Program-made: the position numbers and the translations under genes
Shown: in pieces, positions 10,407 through 19,540 of the stretch
Numbering within the stretch: position 1 is the stretch's first letter
Layout of the letters: every line of letters starts with the position of its first letter
Origin: Candidatus Krumholzibacteriia bacterium
Lineage (GTDB): Bacteria > Krumholzibacteriota > Krumholzibacteriia > Krumholzibacteriales > Krumholzibacteriaceae
Length of the DNA: 64,000 nucleotides
Direction of reading: 5' to 3'
Assembly: GCA_963836185.1 (NCBI GenBank)
Contig: CAWIIQ010000001.1
Location: forward strand, 1,728,001 to 1,792,000
Notes under the pieces: model-generated
Database searches by the model: none
The model's input: the letters and a program-made list of their open reading frames with translations, nothing else
Told to the model about the DNA's origin: nothing

Positions 10407-11768
10407 CGTCCATCTCTCCCTTATCATTTCTTCCAGCTTATCCCTGCTGTTTTGCTCAGGATGATCGAGCACGGCCTCGAGCAGCTCGTCGAGGATCTCT
10501 CCGACCCGCGGTCCCGGCTCTATCCCGGCGATCTCCATTACTTCGGCTCCGGCGATCGCCAGGTCGCTCCTCTTGAACGCCGACTCCTCGCCAATGACCT
10601 TTTCTATCCGGCTCCTCGAGTACTCCACCTCCTCACCGATCCTCCCGTCGCCTCTCGAAGCCCCGTCCGCTTTCCTTATCTCGAATAGATCGTCGATGTT
10701 TTCCAGTCCTACCCTGGCGACAAACCTTCGCACGGCTGAATCGGACCATTCCTCGGTTATCATGAACATATGATGCGATACGAGATGTTTCGCGCTGTTT
10801 ACAAACGAGACCGGGAACATCAGCCTGGTAAGTATTTCCTCGGCCAGCCTGGCGCTCTCCTCTTCATGCCTGTGGAACACGATCCGTCCGTTGAGCTCCG
10901 TCTTCATCTTCAGTTTGCCGAGGTCGTGCAGCAGCGCGCTCCACCGTATCAGGAGCTCCTGTTCGGCGATATCACAACTCTTTACGCTATGATGGAACAC
11001 ATCGTCGGGATGGAATTCATTCTGATCTACGCCCCATGTGTCATCGAGTTCCGGTATGACCAGGGGAAGTATCCCTGTCTCATGCATGAATATGAATCCT
11101 TCGCTGGGCCTTTCCGCGAGAAGCATCATCTTGTTGAGTTCGTCCCTGATACGCTCCATCGATACTGACTTGAGGAGATCCCTGTCCCTTTCCATCAGGG
11201 TCCTTGTCCCCGATTCGACCTCGAGACCGAACCTGGACATAAACTGGACACCCCTCATTATCCGCAGCGGATCCTCGACAAACGAGGTGTCCCTGTTGAC
11301 CCTCAGCACCCTTTTCTCGAGATCGTCCGCCCCGCCAAGCGGGTCGACAAGCTCGAAATTCCTCAGTGACAGGGCCATGGAGTTTACTGTAAAGTCCCTT
11401 CGCTCAAGATCAGAGGCCACAGGCATATCGGGATCGGATATTACCTCGAAATCCCTGTGACCGGGCCCCGTGGAGACCTCGGATCTTGGAAGCGCGATAT
11501 CGACGGTGATCCCCTCAGGGGTCTTGAACTTGATCACTCCGAAGGATCTTCCAACCAGATCGGCCCTTCCGAGCGCCTCCAGCATCGAAAGCAGGTCGTC
11601 CTCACCGATCCCCGACACTATATAGTCGAAATCGAGCGTGAGGTGCGCCCTGCCGAGAAGATGGTCACGTACTACGCCACCGACGAGAAAGAGGTCGCAC
11701 TTCCCCAACACCTCTTTCTCCCATGGGAAGAGATCCCTTTCGAGAGATATTACACGTTTACCACTCAT
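10398..11768 (-). CDS. cca: Class II tRNA nucleotidyltransferase (CCA-adding) with HD domain
   Basis: Motifs VGGVVRD, DFD, DLERRDFTVN, EDPLR and LLHDLGK. The ORF-track start at 11975 wrongly runs through a tRNA. Confidence 0.9.
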   Translation of the reverse strand: MSGKRVISLERDLFPWEKEVLGKCDLFLVGGVVRDHLLGRAHLTLDFDYIVSGIGEDDLLSMLEALGRADLVGRSFGVIKFKTPEGITVDIALPRSEVSTGPGHRDFEVISDPDMPVASDLERRDFTVNSMALSLRNFELVDPLGGADDLEKRVLRVNRDTSFVEDPLRIMRGVQFMSRFGLEVESGTRTLMERDRDLLKSVSMERIRDELNKMMLLAERPSEGFIFMHETGILPLVIPELDDTWGVDQNEFHPDDVFHHSVKSCDIAEQELLIRWSALLHDLGKLKMKTELNGRIVFHRHEEESARLAEEILTRLMFPVSFVNSAKHLVSHHMFMITEEWSDSAVRRFVARVGLENIDDLFEIRKADGASRGDGRIGEEVEYSRSRIEKVIGEESAFKRSDLAIAGAEVMEIAGIEPGPRVGEILDELLEAVLDHPEQNSRDKLEEMIRERWTKK

Positions 11769-11803
11769 GATCCCCTGCCGGCCGGCGGACGGTCGTGGAA
11801 AAA

Positions 11804-11888
11804 TGCCGGGGGCGGGACTTGAACCCGCACGAAGCCATGCTCCAGCGGATTTTAAGTCCGCTGCGTCTACCAGTTCCGCCACCCCGGC
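11804..11888 (-). tRNA. tRNA-Leu(TAA)
   Basis: GCCGGGG...CCCCGGC-A with a long variable arm; anticodon loop CT-TAA-AA; CCA not encoded. Confidence 0.96.
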
Positions 11889-12102
11889 AATCCCCTTGTC
11901 AACGATAAGATAGCACAATCGCCGAGTGCCTGGAAAAGGAATTGTAAGAGATGGAATAGTTCTTGAATAAATCATGTATCGACACAGGAAGGTCAGCAGA
12001 AAGGGCAGAAATTGCCAGGAATTCTACCGATATCGTAAAGAATGGCGCCGCGGGGCGCGGAAGTAATGATGCCGAAAGGCAGCCGATAAGCGGGGGAAAG
12101 AT

Positions 12103-12531
12103 ATGTCAAACGCGATCAGGAACCAGGTAGTCGTTCGATTTCGTGACGGAACTATTCAGAAGGGTTATACGCACGATTTCACCCCTCTGAGGGATTCCTT
12201 TCACCTTACGCTCGAGGATGGCAGCGGAGAGATACTGAACATAGATATCTCCAGTCTCAAGGCTATCTTCTTCGTCAAGACATTCGACGGTGACCGCAAC
12301 TATGTCGAAAAGAAATTCTTCGAGCAGGTCGATCAGTCAAGGTTCCGTGGACTGAAAGTAAGAGTCGTTTTCGAGGACGGCGAGATAATCAGGGGGATCA
12401 GCCTCGGGTACAATGAGAAGAAGAAGGGGTTCTTCCTCATCCCGGTCGATCCCGACTGCAACAACGACAGGATCTATATAGTCAGCGAAGCATGCAAAGA
12501 CATAAAAGTTGGAGAGATTGCCCAGGTTTGA
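12103..12531 (+). CDS. DUF6982-like protein with internal duplication
   Basis: Two repeats, VVVRFRDGTIQKG and VRVVFEDGEIIRG; C-terminal FFLIPVDP..NNDRIYI. Confidence 0.75.
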   Translation: MSNAIRNQVVVRFRDGTIQKGYTHDFTPLRDSFHLTLEDGSGEILNIDISSLKAIFFVKTFDGDRNYVEKKFFEQVDQSRFRGLKVRVVFEDGEIIRGISLGYNEKKKGFFLIPVDPDCNNDRIYIVSEACKDIKVGEIAQV

Positions 12532-12557
12532 TGTAGGCCGGAAGACCAGCGGCGGAC

Positions 12558-12589
12558 AAGGGGAGCCACCATTGAGGGGGCTCCCCTTT
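12558..12589. terminator. Hairpin between convergent genes, probable bidirectional terminator
   Basis: AAGGGGAGCC...GGCTCCCCTT. Confidence 0.6.
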
Positions 12590-12601
12590 CCGTGTCCAGG
12601 A

Positions 12602-13534
12602 TCACTGGATCTCTGATCTGGCGTAAAACACGACCTCGTTACCCAGCGCCTCGAGAAGATCCATCTTCCACTCGACCGACCCGTCATCGTTGATACGGCC
12701 GTTGGTCTCGACTACCTTCCCTGGCATCATTAGACGTATCTTCACATCTGTCAGAGCCGCGAACGCGACTCCCGGCAGGTTCTTCTCGAGGAATCCTTCA
12801 AGAATCGATTCCTCATCCCCGACAAATATCCGCGCGACCTCGTAGATGTGTTCGACGGCGATTTTCTTTCCAGCTTCCTTTACAACAGCCTCCGCCGCTG
12901 TGCCGACCGAGTGAGCGATCAACGGAATATTGTCATCTCCGTCGTTCCATATATCGAGGAAACGGACCCCCATAAGGAGGTGCCCTGCCATCACGCCGCG
13001 CAGTTCCGCGATCGCTTCATCGTCGAGGTGTGGAAAATCCTTCTTCATCCTCGCGGCGTAGGCTCCGGCCTGGAAATCGACGACGGTCTCGATGAGGCCG
13101 TTCCAGCGGAATCCTTCCCTGTAAGTATAACTGCTTCCTCCCGGCGTACGGCCCGTCTCCAGGCTGACCGTATTGCTGAAAAAGACACTTGTGTAATCGT
13201 TCTCCTCGAGCGTTCCCTTGACCGAGATCGAGCCGTCCAGTTTCGACCACTCATTGACACCATTTACGCTGCTTTCGGACCTGAACGATTTCTTTCCGTC
13301 CGTAAGTGTCTGCATCTCCCACTTCCCGTGAGGTGCAATACCGAACAGCAGCGCAATTCCCTCCTCGTCAAACTCAAGCATCTCATCTTTCATCGGATCC
13401 AGGGTGAAGAGCATCTTCCTCGTACCGCCGCCGTCCTTCTCTACAGTCGTCTCCACCCTGTATTCGTTGCATCCGGCCAGGGCCAGGACCAGCAGCCCCG
13501 CAACTGCGATATATCTCAGTTTCCTTTTTCTCAT
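12602..13534 (-). CDS. Lipoprotein (LppM-like ends), likely ECF-regulated
   Basis: Basic N-terminus, lipobox LALAG-C; VETTVEKDGGG and MPGKVVETNG...VEW segments. Confidence 0.7.
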   Translation of the reverse strand: MRKRKLRYIAVAGLLVLALAGCNEYRVETTVEKDGGGTRKMLFTLDPMKDEMLEFDEEGIALLFGIAPHGKWEMQTLTDGKKSFRSESSVNGVNEWSKLDGSISVKGTLEENDYTSVFFSNTVSLETGRTPGGSSYTYREGFRWNGLIETVVDFQAGAYAARMKKDFPHLDDEAIAELRGVMAGHLLMGVRFLDIWNDGDDNIPLIAHSVGTAAEAVVKEAGKKIAVEHIYEVARIFVGDEESILEGFLEKNLPGVAFAALTDVKIRLMMPGKVVETNGRINDDGSVEWKMDLLEALGNEVVFYARSEIQ

Positions 13535-13558
13535 GACAATGCCTCCATCTGTTTCTTC

Positions 13559-14287
13559 TCAGTATGTCCCTTGCCATCCATCGGGGATCCTCGTGTCCGG
13601 ATCGATATCGAGCTTTATTATCACGAGCAGAAGTTCTCCCGATGTCAGGCCTCCCTCCCACGGCTTTTCATTCATATAGCCGGCAAGCCTTCTCAGTCTG
13701 CGATTCTCCGCAATAAGACGGGTAGCCTCTTCCTCGCTGAGTACCGGAGTGTCGGCGGGGAGCCTCTCGAGAAAACGCGCTGCCTCGCCTATGGTCCATC
13801 CATCTGAAACAGACTGGTGACCGCCGGTCAGGCGTCCGAACACCGTTCGCCCTCCCTGAGCCGCTCTTCCCGCCAGAACTGTCTCCATCACTGCCACCTC
13901 TTCACGAAGCTCACCTGCTTCCCGGTGAAGGCTCCTGACCTCCCCTAGCAGGAAGCCGGTGAGAAATACGAATAGGGCGATAGCAGCCACCATCGCCGGC
14001 ATCATGTAACGAGCGGCCCATGAGCGCCGGGGCCTGCCCGCTTCCCGGGCTGCAGCGACATCAGATATCACCGCATCTACCAGCGCTTTCTCGATCTCAT
14101 CGGGCACCTGCCCGTCTCGATCGGCAGGGTCGTATACCAGTGACTGTTTGATCTCAAAGATAGCCCTGCATCCCGAACATGTGGAGAGATGCTCCTCCAT
14201 CATCCTGGTATCTTCATCGGCCATCCTGCCGAGAGCGAATTCTGTAAGCGCCGCATTGAATTCCTCGCATTTCATCTTCTCACTCAT
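13559..14287 (-). CDS. Zinc-binding (zf-HC2/ZAS) membrane anti-sigma factor
   Basis: HLSTCSGC (HxxxCxxC), one TM helix; overlaps the ECF sigma stop codon. Confidence 0.85.
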   Translation of the reverse strand: MSEKMKCEEFNAALTEFALGRMADEDTRMMEEHLSTCSGCRAIFEIKQSLVYDPADRDGQVPDEIEKALVDAVISDVAAAREAGRPRRSWAARYMMPAMVAAIALFVFLTGFLLGEVRSLHREAGELREEVAVMETVLAGRAAQGGRTVFGRLTGGHQSVSDGWTIGEAARFLERLPADTPVLSEEEATRLIAENRRLRRLAGYMNEKPWEGGLTSGELLLVIIKLDIDPDTRIPDGWQGTY

Positions 14288-14847
14288 GTCGTCTCCTCCG
14301 ATCCCCGCAGGAATCCGGCGATCCTCTTTCTGGCATGGTAAAGGTTCGTCCTTATAGAAACAGGTTTAATACCTATTATTCCGGCCGCCTCGTCTATCGT
14401 CATCTGTTCGAGGTCTATCATGGCGAAGACGGTTCGCTGCCTGTCCGGCAGATGCGATGCCGCATCGAGGATCATCTTCCTTGCCTCAGAGAACTCAGCG
14501 TGATGGTCCGGACCCGCTCCCGGTGATATATGAATGTCCTGGTCCAGTATCATTTCCTTTCGCCTTTTTCGTTTTCTAAGGAAATCCAGACATACGTTCC
14601 TGTGTACGGCGAAGAGCCAGCGCTCGAAAGGCACTCGCCCGTCGTATACGGATATCTTCTCGTAGACCCGCAGCCAGGTATCCTGGCATACATCTTTGGC
14701 GCTGTCCCAGTCGAATGTGTACCTGTATGCCATAGACAGAAGAGTCTTCGCGTATCTGTCTACCAGGTCCTTGAAGTCCTGCCCGGTTCGTTCCGGCATC
14801 TCTGCCTCAATTCCATATTCCTGCATGACGTGCCGATCACCTTTCAT
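14284..14847 (-). CDS. ECF RNA polymerase sigma factor
   Basis: Region 2 (AKDVCQDTWL, WLFAVHRNVCLDFLR) and region 4 (LPDRQR...EAAGIIG...LYHARKRI); alternative ATG at 14826. Confidence 0.92.
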   Translation of the reverse strand: MKGDRHVMQEYGIEAEMPERTGQDFKDLVDRYAKTLLSMAYRYTFDWDSAKDVCQDTWLRVYEKISVYDGRVPFERWLFAVHRNVCLDFLRKRKRRKEMILDQDIHISPGAGPDHHAEFSEARKMILDAASHLPDRQRTVFAMIDLEQMTIDEAAGIIGIKPVSIRTNLYHARKRIAGFLRGSEETT

Positions 14848-14865
14848 GACGTATCCTGAATATAC

Positions 14866-14890
14866 TACGCCTGAAAACTTTCAGCGTTCA
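14866..14890 (-). promoter_or_regulatory. Candidate ECF autoregulatory promoter
   Basis: TGAAC-16 nt-CGTA, ECF-type boxes just upstream of the sigma gene. Confidence 0.5.
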
Positions 14891-14941
14891 AATCTTACTG
14901 TAAAGGAGTCTCTGTATTTCCGGAAGAATCCGGGAAATGTG

Positions 14942-15017
14942 TGGAGGCGGCAACCGGATTCGAACCGGTGATAACGATTTTGCAGACCGTCGCCTTAGAC
15001 CACTTGGCTATGCCGCC
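14942..15017 (-). tRNA. tRNA-Cys(GCA)
   Basis: GGCGGCA...TGCCGCC-T-CCA; anticodon loop CT-GCA-AA. Confidence 0.97.
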
Positions 15018-15027
15018 CCAAAAAAAA

Positions 15028-15103
15028 TGGAGCGGGAAACGGGGTTCGAACCCGCGACCTCAACCTTGGCAAGGTTGCGCTCTACCAGCTGAGCTATTCC
15101 CGC
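15028..15103 (-). tRNA. tRNA-Gly(GCC)
   Basis: GCGGGAA...TTCCCGC-T-CCA; anticodon loop TT-GCC-AA. Confidence 0.98.
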
Positions 15104-15123
15104 TCTTCCCATTCGTAGTAATG

Positions 15124-15153
15124 ATTATAATAAGCCGTTTACGGCGTTGTCAA
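15124..15153 (-). promoter_or_regulatory. sigma70 promoter for tRNA-Gly/Cys
   Basis: TTGACA-18 nt-TATAAT, overlapping the glgA 3' end. Confidence 0.85.
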
Positions 15154-16641
15154 CCTCATTCCGGTCCGGCCCTTCGCCCTGCCGTACATCTCGAGGTATT
15201 CCTTCGCCGAAGCCTTCCATGAGTGGTCCTCGGCCATGATACGCTTGCGGGTCTTCTCGACCGCCTTGCCGTCTGCAAAGAATACGACAGCCTTCTTCAG
15301 CGCCTTGATCAACGCAGTGGGCGTATAAGGCTCGAAGACAAAACCGTTGCCGCGGCTCCCCTTCGCGTCTACCTCGGAGACCGTATCCTTCAGTCCCCCC
15401 GTTGCCCTGACCACCGGCATTGTCCCGTACCGGAGGCTGTACATCTGGTTGAGCCCGCACGGCTCGTACCTCGACGGCATGAGGAAGTAGTCGCTCCCCG
15501 CCTCGATCAGATGAGCGAGCCTGTTGTTGAACTCGAGCTTCACGCCGAGCCTCTTGGGATATCTGCCGGCGAGCTCGGTATATAGCTCGTGATACTTCTG
15601 CTGCCCCGTTCCGAGGATGACTATCTTCATCTCCATAGCGAGCAGATTCTCGAGGGAGTCTGACAGTATATCGAAGCCTTTCTGGTCGACCAGCCTCGAG
15701 ACGATGCCGATGACCGGTTCGTCTCCGGCGGGAAGCCCGAACTCTTCGAGCAGGGCGGCCTTGTTCTCCTTCTTGCCGGAAAGGTCCTTCATCGTGAAAT
15801 TAGCCGGGATCAGCTCGTCCGTCTCTGGATCCCACGCCGCGGGGTCTATTCCATTGAGTATCCCGACAAGATCGTTCTTTCTGTAGCGAAGCACTCCTTC
15901 CAGCCCGTACCCGTATTCGTCCGTGCTGGCTATCTCCTCCGCGTATGTCCTGCTCACCGTGCTGATGATCCCGGTGAACAACAGCGCCATCTTCATCACG
16001 TTGACCCTGCCCCAGAACTCGAAGGGGCTCATAGGCTGGAATATCTCCGGGTCGAATCCCGCCTTCTCGAGGAATTCAGGCTCGAAGAGACCCTGGTAGG
16101 CCAGGTTGTGCACGCTGAAGACAGTGCCTGTGTTCTGAAAGTTCGAGTTCGTCTCTTTTTCCCTCGCCAGGTAGACAGGGATAAGCCCCGAGTGAAAATC
16201 GTTGCAGTGGATGACATCGGGTGACATCTCCAGTCCCTTGAGCAACTCGATCACCGCGAGGTTGAAGAAGATCGTCCTCTCGTCCTCGTCCTCGAAGCCT
16301 TCTCCTTCAGCGTCCGTATATATATTGTCACGTCCATAGAAGTGCTCGTTCTCGATGAAGTAGACTTCAATATCGGTACCGGGTTTAGTGCCGGAGTAAA
16401 TACCGAAGGAATGGACCGTGCCCGCGACCGTTACACTCAGGCGGTCTATTCCGCCGACCTTTTCGATATTGTATTTCTCTCGATCGATCGAGGCATAGAG
16501 AGGTGTAAAGACGGTAATTCCGGCTCCGAGTTTCTCGAGCTCGTCCGGCAGCGCGCCCATAACATCAGCTAGTCCTCCGACCTTCGAGTAGGGCACGATC
16601 TCGGTCGTTACTACCGCTACTTCGATTTTTTCTGAGGCCAT
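15139..16641 (-). CDS. glgA: Glycogen synthase
   Basis: Motifs KVGGLADV, HNLAYQG, SRLVDQKG and PSRYEPCGL. Confidence 0.96.
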   Translation of the reverse strand: MASEKIEVAVVTTEIVPYSKVGGLADVMGALPDELEKLGAGITVFTPLYASIDREKYNIEKVGGIDRLSVTVAGTVHSFGIYSGTKPGTDIEVYFIENEHFYGRDNIYTDAEGEGFEDEDERTIFFNLAVIELLKGLEMSPDVIHCNDFHSGLIPVYLAREKETNSNFQNTGTVFSVHNLAYQGLFEPEFLEKAGFDPEIFQPMSPFEFWGRVNVMKMALLFTGIISTVSRTYAEEIASTDEYGYGLEGVLRYRKNDLVGILNGIDPAAWDPETDELIPANFTMKDLSGKKENKAALLEEFGLPAGDEPVIGIVSRLVDQKGFDILSDSLENLLAMEMKIVILGTGQQKYHELYTELAGRYPKRLGVKLEFNNRLAHLIEAGSDYFLMPSRYEPCGLNQMYSLRYGTMPVVRATGGLKDTVSEVDAKGSRGNGFVFEPYTPTALIKALKKAVVFFADGKAVEKTRKRIMAEDHSWKASAKEYLEMYGRAKGRTGMRLTTP

Positions 16642-17687
16642 TCCTTGTCCTCTACCTTCTCTTTATTGATGTTCTGGTCATCAGCGCCGCCGATGTCGAC
16701 ATTCCTCAACGCTTCGGCCGCGTATTCGGGCGGGGTTGGATTGATGTAAAAGCCGCTTCCCCACTCGAACCCGGCTACCTTCGTCAGCTTTGGCATGATC
16801 TCGATATGCCAGTGGTAGTAGTCCAGGTCGGGTGTCTTGCATGGAGCGGAATGAATGATGAAGTTGAACGGGGGCTCATCGAGTGTTACGTCCAGACGGG
16901 TCAGAACCGTTTTCATTATATCCGCTAGGGCCGGAAACCATTCGGTCGGCGTCTTCTCGAAGGCCGAGATATGTTCGAGCGGAAGTATCCATGTCTCGAA
17001 CGGGAACCGCGACGCATAGGGAGCGATCGCTGTAAAATGTTCGTTCCGGTAGATGATCCTCGACTCCTCTTTCTGCTCCTGCTTGAGGATGTCGCAGAAG
17101 ATGCACCTTTCCTTCAGCTTGTAATGGAACTTCGAGCCCTCGAGCTCCTCGATCGCTCTTTTAGGAATGATCGGCGTGGCGATTACCTGCATGTGCGAAT
17201 GCTCGAGTGAAGCGCCGGCTTCCTCTCCCCAGTTCTTGAAGATGAGGATATATCTGAAACGTGAGTCCTTCTTCAAATCGATGCAGCGGTCCCTCAAGGC
17301 CCAGAATATACTCTCGACATGTTCCTGCGGCAGATGGTGCAGGTTCTTCGAGTGATCCGGCGATTCTATCAGCACCTCGTGGGCGCCAACGCCGCGCATC
17401 AGGTCGTATATGCCGTCGCCGTGCTTGTCGAGATCACCCTCGATCTGCAGCGCCGGGAACTTGTTCGGAACGACCCTTACCTTCCAGCCGGGACTGTTCG
17501 GCCTCGAAAGAGGATCCCTGTAGGCGAGCACCTCGGGAGGCGTCTTGTCTTCCTTTCCTGTGCAGAAAGGGCAGAACCCGCCCTGTGGCGGTTTTTTCTC
17601 CGTCTTGAAATCGAGGGGCCGTTTTCCCCTCTCCGTGGAGATTATCACCCAGCGTTCCATGATCGGGCTTTTGCGAAGTTCAGGCAT
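16617..17687 (-). CDS. galT: GalT-family hexose-1-phosphate nucleotidylyltransferase
   Basis: Motifs MPELRK..ERWVII, CPFC, VVPNKFPAL and GASLEHSHMQ (HxHxQ). Confidence 0.9.
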   Translation of the reverse strand: MPELRKSPIMERWVIISTERGKRPLDFKTEKKPPQGGFCPFCTGKEDKTPPEVLAYRDPLSRPNSPGWKVRVVPNKFPALQIEGDLDKHGDGIYDLMRGVGAHEVLIESPDHSKNLHHLPQEHVESIFWALRDRCIDLKKDSRFRYILIFKNWGEEAGASLEHSHMQVIATPIIPKRAIEELEGSKFHYKLKERCIFCDILKQEQKEESRIIYRNEHFTAIAPYASRFPFETWILPLEHISAFEKTPTEWFPALADIMKTVLTRLDVTLDEPPFNFIIHSAPCKTPDLDYYHWHIEIMPKLTKVAGFEWGSGFYINPTPPEYAAEALRNVDIGGADDQNINKEKVEDKEWPQKKSK

Positions 17688-17710
17688 CCGGTGTCGTTCT
17701 CCTTCTTGCG

Positions 17711-18289
17711 CTATTTCGCCTTCATGACCGTGGTCCGCACTATCCAGCAATCCGGATAATCGGCGGCCAGTTTCGCGCGAGCTTCGGAAGCCTCTGCGCG
17801 TGTGGCGAAATCTCCCGCCCTGACCTTATACAGTCCATCCTCGTAGTCTATATATACCGCTATCCCCGCGGCCGCCATGACTTTTTTCTTCAGGTCCCTC
17901 GCCCCTGCTGATTCCGCGAACGCGGCCAGCTGCACCCTGTATCCGAGCTCGTAGCCCGCCGCCGGTGCGGGAGGCTCCAGTGTCTCCTCGACCGAGAAGG
18001 AGTCGGCCTTCAGAGGTTCGATACTTTCCTCCGCGGCTTCTTTCTCGCCGACCGAGTCATCCTCGGGCATCTCGCTCTCGATGTCGTAGGGTTCATCGGC
18101 TGCCGGTTTTTCAGGTACTGTCTCCGGCGTGGTATCGCTCTGCGCAGGCGGTGGTGGAACCTTCTCCTGCTGTGCCACGGTCGTGCCGGTCGACTTGCCT
18201 GTACCGGCGCACCCTGCTAGCAGACAGACAAATATAACGGATGCCGCTGCCGCAGTCAGTGGGTAGAAATGCCTGATTTTACTTTTCAT
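17711..18289 (-). CDS. SPOR-domain lipoprotein
   Basis: Lipobox LLAG-C, acidic Pro-rich linker, C-terminal YRVQLAAF...YKVRAGDF..RAEA. Confidence 0.88.
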   Translation of the reverse strand: MKSKIRHFYPLTAAAASVIFVCLLAGCAGTGKSTGTTVAQQEKVPPPPAQSDTTPETVPEKPAADEPYDIESEMPEDDSVGEKEAAEESIEPLKADSFSVEETLEPPAPAAGYELGYRVQLAAFAESAGARDLKKKVMAAAGIAVYIDYEDGLYKVRAGDFATRAEASEARAKLAADYPDCWIVRTTVMKAK

Positions 18290-18419
18290 CCTCGACCTCC
18301 CGACCCGTTCGTGTGACCCCGGAATATCGGTTTTCTCTATCAGAAGAGGTGTCAAGTGTCAACACAAATTGCCGTCCGCAGGTCTCCCTGGATCCGCGAC
18401 CTGTGTCCGTAACACACTA

Positions 18420-19526
18420 TCATGATAACAGTTCCCGGTATAGATCTTCCAGTGAAGAGGCGATGGCGTTCCAGTCGTACTCTGCCTCCACTTTCCTTCG
18501 GCCCGCCTCACCCATTCCAGCGAGTTCTTCGGGCCTCAGCGAGAGCACCCTGTTGAAAGCCCTGAGAAGATCGTCGGGATCACCCGCCCTGAACGATTCG
18601 CCTATCCCTCCCGAAACCTCGAGGTTCTCAGGGATGTCGCTAACTATCACAGGACGCGAATGGCTCATCGCTTCGATCAACGATATCGGCAGCCCCTCCA
18701 CCAGAGATGGAAGGACATAGAACGCGCAGTGAGCGTACAGCTCCTCGATCTTTCTCCCTGACACGTAACCCGGGAGTATCACCCTGTCGCCCGCCATCTC
18801 TTTTATCCTGGCTGCGTATGCCTCTTCAAACCTGGCATCGCCTGCGATAACCAGCCTGAGATCAGTGTCGACTCTTTCGAAGGCATCTATCAGAGTATCG
18901 AAACCACGCTCGACTATAAACCTGCCCACGCTCAGGATATAACCTCCAGGTTCGATCCCGAGGTCAGCGGCCTCCATGAACTCCGGGCTCCTGCCCAGTG
19001 TCGCTCCGTTCGGGATGTATCTTACATCCGTTTCGTACTTCTTCGACAACTGTGCAGCCATCAGCCTTGATACAGCGACCGCCGCGTCGGCCTTCAGAAC
19101 CGCCCTCTGTTCCCCTAGTTTAAGGAGTCTCTTCGCCCTGTCCCCCCACTTGCTCTGCCTGTAGTCGAGAGCGTGGACCGTGCATACCGTTTTCGAACCG
19201 GATCTCAACGGGATCCAGCAGAAGATCGAAGGGCCGATACCGTGGAAATGGACAATATCATAATTGCCGAAAAAAGCGGCGATGCTGGAAAGCAGCGCGT
19301 TCGATGCAGTATCGAGATTCTTTGTGGGAACCGACGGCAGCACCTTGACAGTTACCCCGTCCTGAGTTCCGCTTCTGCTGAAGGGAGAGCGGCCGTAAAC
19401 GGTCACATCGTGTCCGAGGGCGGCAAGCCTTGTCGAAATCTCCTCGACATGCTTTTCAATCCCGCCGAAAAGGGCGGGAATCCCTTTCGAACCTATCATC
19501 GCTATCTTGAGTTGGCGATCATTCAT
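18420..19526 (-). CDS. Glycosyltransferase family 4
   Basis: GSKGIPALFGGIEKH and PSLVEGLPISLIEAM. Confidence 0.92.
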   Translation of the reverse strand: MNDRQLKIAMIGSKGIPALFGGIEKHVEEISTRLAALGHDVTVYGRSPFSRSGTQDGVTVKVLPSVPTKNLDTASNALLSSIAAFFGNYDIVHFHGIGPSIFCWIPLRSGSKTVCTVHALDYRQSKWGDRAKRLLKLGEQRAVLKADAAVAVSRLMAAQLSKKYETDVRYIPNGATLGRSPEFMEAADLGIEPGGYILSVGRFIVERGFDTLIDAFERVDTDLRLVIAGDARFEEAYAARIKEMAGDRVILPGYVSGRKIEELYAHCAFYVLPSLVEGLPISLIEAMSHSRPVIVSDIPENLEVSGGIGESFRAGDPDDLLRAFNRVLSLRPEELAGMGEAGRRKVEAEYDWNAIASSLEDLYRELLS

Positions 19527-19540
19527 CTTTAACCGGATCT

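Noticed and set aside
11769-11975. N-terminal extension of cca in the ORF track (also ORFs 7514-7711 and 14941-15222)
   Set aside because: These are translations through tRNA genes.
12063-12089. GCCGATAA as a sigma28 -10 box, with a GAAA tetraloop hairpin
   Set aside because: The -35 box is poor and there is no other support.
18349-18362. Tandem TTGACAC repeat upstream of the SPOR gene
   Set aside because: Only two 7-mers and no convincing -10 box; could be chance.
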